Part shown: in pieces, positions 57,238 through 64,000 of the stretch
How the letters are laid out: the number at the start of each line of letters is the position of its first letter
Numbering within the stretch: position 1 is the stretch's first letter
Assembly: GCF_009914755.1 (NCBI RefSeq)
Contig: NC_060947.1
Length of the DNA: 64,000 nucleotides
DNA from: the human T2T-CHM13v2.0 reference genome, Homo sapiens
Reading direction: 5' to 3' (one strand)
Made by a program: the position numbers and the translations under genes
The notes under the pieces: generated by a model
What the model saw: the letters and a program-made list of their open reading frames with translations, nothing else
Database searches by the model: none
What the model was told of the DNA's origin: nothing

Positions 57238-59344
57238 TGTCTTGGCTCTTTGGGCTCTATTTTGGTTCCATATGAATTTAAAAACAGGTTCTTCTAATTC
57301 TGTGTAGAATGTTAATGGTAGTTTAATGGGAACCACATTCAATCTATAAATTACTTTGGGCAGTTAGGGCATTTTCATGATATGGATTCTTCTTATTCAT
57401 GAGCTTGGAATATTTTTCTATTTGTTTGTGTCCTCTCTGATTTCTTGGACAGTGATTTCTAGTTCTCCTTGAAGAGGTCCTTCTCTTCCCTTGTTAGCTA
57501 TATTCCTGGATATTTTATTCTGTTTGTAGCAATTGTGAATGGGAGTTCATTCGTGATTTCGCTCTCTGTTTGCCTGTTTTTGGTGTACAGGAATTCTAGC
57601 TTTTTTGGAACACTGATTTTGTATCCTGAGACTTTCCTGAAGTTGCTTATCAGCTTAAGAAGCTTTGGAGCTGAGACAATGGGGTTTTCTAGATATAGGA
57701 TTATGTCATCTGCAAACAAAGATAATTTGACTTCCTCTCTTCCTATTTGAATACACTTTCTTTCCTTCTCTTGCCTGATTGCCCGGGCCAGAACTTCCAA
57801 TACTGTATTAAATAGGAGTGATGAGAGAGGGCATTCTTGTCTTGTGCCGGTTTTCAAGGGGAATGCTTCCAGCTTTTGCCCATTCACAATAATATTGGCT
57901 GTGGGTCTGTCATAGATGGGTCTTATTATTTTAAAGTATGTTTCTTCAATACCTAGCTTATTGAGAACTTTCAGCAGAAAAAGATGTTGAATTTTATCAA
58001 AGGCCTTTTCTGCATCAATTGAGATAATAATGTGTTTTTTTCTTTAGTTCTGTTTACGTGATGAGTTGCATTTATTGATTTGTGTATGTTGAACCAGCTT
58101 TGTATCCCAGGGGTGAAGACGACTTCATCATGATGGATAAGCTTTTTGACATGCTGCTGGATTTGGTTTGCAAGTATTTTACTAAAGATTTTTGCATCAG
58201 TGTTCATCAAGAATATGGGTCTGAAGTTTTCTTTTTTTCTTTTTTGTATCTCTGCCAGGTTGTGGTATTAGGATAATGCTGACCTCATAAAATGAGTTAG
58301 AGAAGAGTCCCTCCTTTTCAATTGTTTGAGATAGTTTCAGTAAAAATGCTACCAGCTCTTCTTTGCACCTCTGGTAGAAACTAGCATCAGAGTGAACAGA
58401 GAACCTACAGAATGAAAGAAAATTTTTGCAATCTATTCATCTGACAAAGGTCTAATATCCAGAGTCAACAAGGAATGTAAACAAATTTACAAGAAAAAAC
58501 CAAATAACCACATTGAAAAGTGGGCAAAGGACATAAACAGACACTTCTCAAAAGAAGACATTCATGTAGCCAACAAATGTATGAAAAAAGCTCAACATCA
58601 CTAATCGTTAGAAAAATGCAAATCAAAACCACAATGAGATATCATCTCATGCCTTTCAGAATGGCACTTATTCTGTCAAGAAACAACAGATGCTGGAGAG
58701 GCTGCAGAGAAATATGAATGCTTTTACACTGTTGATGGGAATGTAAATTAGTTCAACCATTGTGAAAAATGGTGTGGCGATTCCTCAAAGATCTAGAACC
58801 AGAAATACCATTTGATCTAGCAATCACATTACTGGTATATACCCAAAGAAATATAAATGATTCTATTATAAATATACATTCATGTGTATGTTTATTGCAG
58901 CACTGTTTACAATAGCAAAGACATGGAAACAACCCAAATTCCTATCAATGACAGACCGAATAAAGAAAATGTGGTACATATACACCATGGAATACTATGC
59001 AACCATAAAAGGGAATGAGATAATGTCCTTTGCAGGGACATGGACGCCATGATCTTCAGCAAATTAATGCAGGAACAGCAAATCAAACACTGTATGTTCT
59101 CACTTATAAGTGGGAGTTGAACACATAGTCACAAGGAGGGGAAGAACACACACTGGAGCCTGTTGGGGAGGGGGTGGTGGAAGGGAGAGCATCAGGAAAA
59201 ATAGTTAATGAATGCTGCACTTAATATCTAGGTGATGGTTGATAGGTGCAGCAAATCACCATGGCACACATTTACCTATGTAACAAACCTGCACATGTAT
59301 CCCAGAACTTTATATATCTATATCTATATCTATATCTGTATCCA

Positions 59345-59392
<48 letters not shown>

Positions 59393-60081
59393 ATCTATCT
59401 CTCTATCTATATATATATGTCAAAAAACAGCAGGTGTTGGCAAGGTTGCAGAGGGAAAGAAATGCTTTTACACTGTTGGTGGGCATGTAAATTAGTTCAA
59501 CCATTGAAGACAGTGTGGAGATTCCTCAAATGCCTAGAACCAGAAATACCATTTGACCCAGCAATCCCATTACTGGGTGTATATTCAAATGAGTATAAAT
59601 CATTCTATTACAAAGATATATACAGGTATGTTCATTGCAGCACTGCTTACAATAGCAAAGACATGGAATCAATCCATATGCCCACCAATGACAGACCGAA
59701 TAAAGAAAATTTTGCAGCCATAAAAAGGAACGAGATCATGTCTTTTGCAGGGACATTAATGATGCTAGAAGCAGTTATCCTCAGCAGACTAACACAGGAT
59801 CAGAAAACCAAGCACTACATGTTCTTACTTATAAGTGGGAGCTGAATGATGAGAACTCATTGATACATGGAGGGGAACAACACACACTGGGGCCTGTCAG
59901 GGTGGGCGAGGTGAGAGAGAGCATCAGGAAGAATAGCTAATGGATGCTGGGCTTAATACCTAGGTGATGGGTTGATCTGTGCATCAAACCACCATGACAT
60001 GTTTACCTATGTAATAAACCTACACATTCTGCACATGTGCCCCGGAACTTAAAATAAAAGTTGAAGAAAAAAATAAAAATA
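57238..60081 (+). mobile_element. L1PA8-12-like composite: inverted RT segment (57238-58379), sense 3' end, STR, second 3' end
   Basis: Perfect TSD aaaatgcaaggat at 57225-57237 and 60082-60094. Confidence 0.92.
59311..59418. repeat. (TATATC)n/(TATC)n microsatellite
   Basis: About 11 perfect TCTA units plus imperfect flanks. Confidence 0.95.
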
Positions 60082-60369
60082 AAAATGCAAGGATCTATGC
60101 AAGTCAAAGGGGATGAGGTTGGGGATGGACTGTTTTATAAATTCTGAATGTCATGACATTTTTATTTGCATAAAGAGAAATAGTGTGTACTGGCCAGAAC
60201 ACTTAATTGAAAGCAACTGGTTTCACTCTGTGAGATGGGGCAGGCCACATCCCCTTTCCAATCTGCACATATCACATCCGCAAGACAGGAATATTGGGCA
60301 TCTCTAGACAATTTCTAGGACAGTTTTGGGGTACATGTGCCCTTGTACAATATGATCTTCCTGATTTGA

Positions 60370-60700
60370 CTTCCTTCCTCCGTTTTTTAAAATTCCTCAG
60401 TGTGGCAAGTTCTTACATATCATTTAAGAAACAGCTCAAATGCAACCACCCCATAACATTTTCCAGACACCCCAAGGAACAGTGCATTTCTATGAGCTTC
60501 TATGTTCCAGCGTACCTGCCTCTAGTATTACATAATTATATAATCACAATTCTTGTTTGTGAAGGCTGCCTCTCCCCTCAAATTGATAGTTTTCTCATGG
60601 CAGGAGTCTGTCCATATTTGGCTCTTTATGCCAATTGCATTTTAAATTACCTGGTCTGGAGTAGGCACTAGATAAATGTCTGAAATATCCGTTGAAATGG
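60370..60700 (+). mobile_element. L2 3' region
   Basis: catttaagaaacagctcaaatgc…gtaggcactagataaatg. Confidence 0.6.
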
Positions 60701-60739
60701 TAGTATTAGGTCCATCTTCCATGGAGCACTGTCCCCAGC

Positions 60740-61020
60740 AGTATGGTCAATATATGCTAAGAGATCTGCCGTGTGCTGAATAGAGAGGCCTACAAGACAG
60801 GAGGTAATGTAGTTTCTCTTCTAATATCCATTCAGAAGGAACGAACAGGGAAAGATATGGGAGGTATTACTTTAATGTTAAAAGTAAGTGTCCATGGTAA
60901 CTGTAAGGTAGACTGCTTCTTCTTCAAAAAAGTTAGTGCCTGAATGCAATTAAGATAATCCTTCAGGCTTTTAAAAATGAAGAGTTCATGTACATAGGTC
61001 CCACTGGATGCACCAGATAT
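60740..61020 (-). pseudogene. Candidate decayed N-terminal exon of an RGS22/RGSL1-like gene (boundaries uncertain)
   Basis: KDYLNCIQALTF, then by frameshift EWILEEKLHYLLSCRPLY; resembles recalled RGS22 DYFNEFLSLPTF…WIKKERLPAFLESDCY. Confidence 0.5.
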
Positions 61021-61400
61021 TGTGTGTACAATTGTCTGTGCTTTATGTAACAAGATGCAACCTCAAAGCATGTTAGCTAAAGTTGGTTACTAAATTTTCT
61101 AAATGTATTCTTTGAGCTTTCTCCTTATTAAATTTAGAAATGTTTTAACAGGTGAATCAAATCCACTATGATTTTAAATTGAATAATCTTATATAACTTC
61201 TACTATTTGGCCCTATAGAAATATTAACAGTGCACACTATTTCAAATATCCCTCCAGAGTACCTAAAAGCCATACTATATGAAATGTCAACTCAGACGTA
61301 AGTTTCTCCTTACATATCAAGAAATGTTTTATTTCAATAAATGAAGAATATAGACTTTATATAATTCATTGAAAAGATGCTTACTTCCTGACTTTAAGAA

Positions 61401-63062
61401 TTTTTAAAATTTTAGGTTTGGAGGTAGATGTGAAAGTTTGTTACACAAACACATGTCACGGGGGTTTGTTGTACATATTATTACATCATCCAGGTTTTCA
61501 GCTAAGTACCCGATAGTTATGTTTTCTGCCCTTCTCTGTCCTCCCACTTTCCCCACTCAAGTCGACCCCAGTATCTGTTGTTTTCTTTTTTGTGTGCATA
61601 ATTTCTTATCATGTAGCTCCCACTTAGGAGTGAGAACATGTGGTATTTGATTTTGTGTTCCTGTGTTAGTTTGCTAAGGATGATAGCCTCCAGCTCCATC
61701 CATGTTCCTGCAAAATACATGATCTTGTTACTTTTTATGGCTGCATAGTATTCCATGGTATATATGTGTCACATTTTCTTTATCTGGTTTGTTATTGATG
61801 GACATTTAAGTTGATTTCATGTCTTTGCTATTGTGAACAGTGCTACAGTGAACCTTCATATGCATATGTCTTTTCAATAGAATGCTTTATATTCCGCTGG
61901 GTATATACCCAGTAATGGGGTTTTGGGGTTGAATGGTAGTTCTGCTTTTAACTCTTTGAGGATCGCCATACTGCTTTCCACAATGGTAGAACTAATTTAA
62001 ACTCCCACCTGAAGTGTATAAAGTTTCACTTTTCGCCACAACCTCACCAGCATCTGTTATTTTTTGACTTTTTAATAATTAGCCTTTCTAACTGGTGTGA
62101 GATGGTATCTGATTATGGTTTTGATTTGCATTTGTCTAATGATCAGCGATATTGAGCTTTTCTTCATATGCTTGTTGGCCGCATATGTTTTCTTTTGAGA
62201 AATGTCTGTTCATGTACTTTGCCCACTTTTTAATGGGGTTGTTTGTCTCTTGTAAATTTGTTTTAGTTCCTTATAGATGCTGGATATTTGACCTTTGTCA
62301 TATGCATAGTTTGAAAATATTTTCTCCCATTCTGTAGGTTGTCTGTTTACTATGTGGATAATTTTTTTGTTTATTTTGCTGTGAAGAAGCTCTTAAGTTT
62401 AATTAGATCCCATTGGTCAATTTTTGCTTTTATTGCCTTTGCTTTTGGTGTCCTTGTCATGAAATCTTTGCCCATTCCTATGTCCAGATAGTATTGCCTA
62501 GGTTGTCTTCCAGGGTTTTTAGTCTTTTGGGTTTTACATTTAAGTCTTTAATCTGTCTTGAGTTAATTTTTGTATATGATATAAGGAAGGGGTCCCGCTT
62601 CAATCTTCAGCATATGGCTAGTCAATTATCCCAGTACCATTTATTAAACAGGGACTCTTTTCCCCATTGATTGTTTTTGTCAGCTTTGTCAAAGATCAGA
62701 TGGTTATAGATGTATGACCTTTTTTCTGGGCCCTCTATTCAGTTCCCTTGGTCTATATGACTGTTTTTGTACCAGTACCATGCTGTTTTGGTTACTGTGG
62801 CACTGTAGGATAGCTTAAAGTCAGGTAACATGATTCCTCCAGCTTTACTCTTTTTGCTTAAGATTGCCTTGGCTATTCAGGCTCCTTTTCATCTCCATAT
62901 AAATTTTAAAATAGTTTTTTCCAGTTCTGTCAAGAGTGTCATTGGTAGTTTGATAGGTATAGCATTGAATCTGTAAATTGCTTTGGGCAGTTCAGCCATT
63001 TTAATAATATTGATTCTTCCTATCCATGAGCATTGAATGTTTTTCTATTTGTTTGTGTCTTT
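61401..63062 (-). mobile_element. Old L1PA 3' 1.6 kb
   Basis: ORF 61517-61756 is the ORF2p C-terminus; antisense ORF2 continues. Confidence 0.93.
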
Positions 63063-63063
63063 T

Positions 63064-63213
63064 GCAGAGTAGGCTCAGAGACTCCAGTGCAGCCACATGG
63101 TGGAGGAAGATTTATGCATAGAAAAATCAAAGTGACATTAAAAAAACAGAAATGAGGTACAGAAACAGTTGGATTAGTTACAGCTTGGCATTTGCCCTAT
63201 TTGAACACAGTTT
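63064..63213 (-). mobile_element. MER57-like ERV1 LTR fragment
   Basis: gaaatgaggtacagaaacagttggattagttacagc. Confidence 0.65.
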
Positions 63214-63214
63214 T

Positions 63215-64000
63215 ACACAAAATTACAACTATAAAGGAAATCTCTGTTTTTAAAGATGTCTGCCGATGTACACTAGCAACCCTTACCATTCTTTTAAATT
63301 TATATGTGTCATACTTTGTTTAACATGTTTTTCTGGCCATCTTGTCTTGAGTACATTTTTACTTGAGCAGCTTTTTCTCCCTTGGTTTGAGCAAGTAGAA
63401 TACTTAAGCCTAAAATCTAAGTCCTATGATTATAAAATATAATTTTGTTTTGTTCCAACTAAGAGTTGTCTCTTTAGAAATGCAAATTTGTTGCCTTGTT
63501 AACAATTGCTTAGGGTAATGAAACAGGTAATTAGAAGACTGATAGACCAAATGAAAAAAAAAAGAAAAACTATTTAAAAGCCAGCAAATTGAAATCCTTT
63601 ATGAGAACTATAAGATCTGCCACTGTGTGTTTGTATATCTATATGTGTTTGTGATATTTGGTAAATAAAGCTAGTTTTTAAATTGTTGGTAAAACAGAAA
63701 TGACTTACAAATTATCAGGTAAATATCGTTAGATGCTTGCTTGATTTGACCGTGAGCATATGTCTTTGGTTTAGAGTCTCTGGATTCACGGGTCTGGATA
63801 GGTGGCCATGATGACGTCTGGAGATTTGTTCTAAGTGCCGAGACCAGAAGCTACAAGCCAAAATTAAGCCCAACATGGTCCCTTCTACCTCTGCTTTTCC
63901 TGTTTTGCCTCCTGGCTATTTTCGGAGGAGTTGGATCTTTCAGGTACAGTCTTCACAGCTCTGTCTTCTGTTCATAGTTCTGCTGGGTGTCATGTGACTA
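63215..64000 (+). mobile_element. ERV1 (MER4-group) internal sequence, runs off the window
   Basis: ggtaaataaagctagtttttaaattgttggtaaaa and similar MER4-int-like tracts. Confidence 0.6.

Overview
AT-rich, repeat-dense primate (probably human) genomic DNA with no intact protein-coding gene, RNA gene, CRISPR array or prokaryotic system. Most of the window is interspersed repeats: AluS/J, L1PA/PB/MA/ME, L2, MIR, MaLR and ERV LTRs, near-full-length Tigger1 and Tigger4/Zombi, and Ricksha ends. Subfamily names come from recalled diagnostic sequence, not from a RepeatMasker run. Most supplied ORFs are repeat artefacts. The main observations lie in the non-repeat islands and at junctions. (1) About ten minus-strand exon remnants between ~61.0 kb and ~1.4 kb have mostly compatible phases, several in-frame stops and some broken splice sites. 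Their translations resemble RGS22/RGSL1-type multi-RGS proteins, suggesting a decayed, intron-containing (possibly unitary) pseudogene spanning the window. This is inference and needs an HMM or tblastn test. (2) An RPS7 processed pseudogene had its 3' half, poly(A) and second TSD flipped by a later genomic inversion. (3) A 230-bp L1 segment has a local inverted copy about 1 kb away. (4) Several L1 insertions have twin-priming inversions, candidate 3' transductions or a doubled 3' end.
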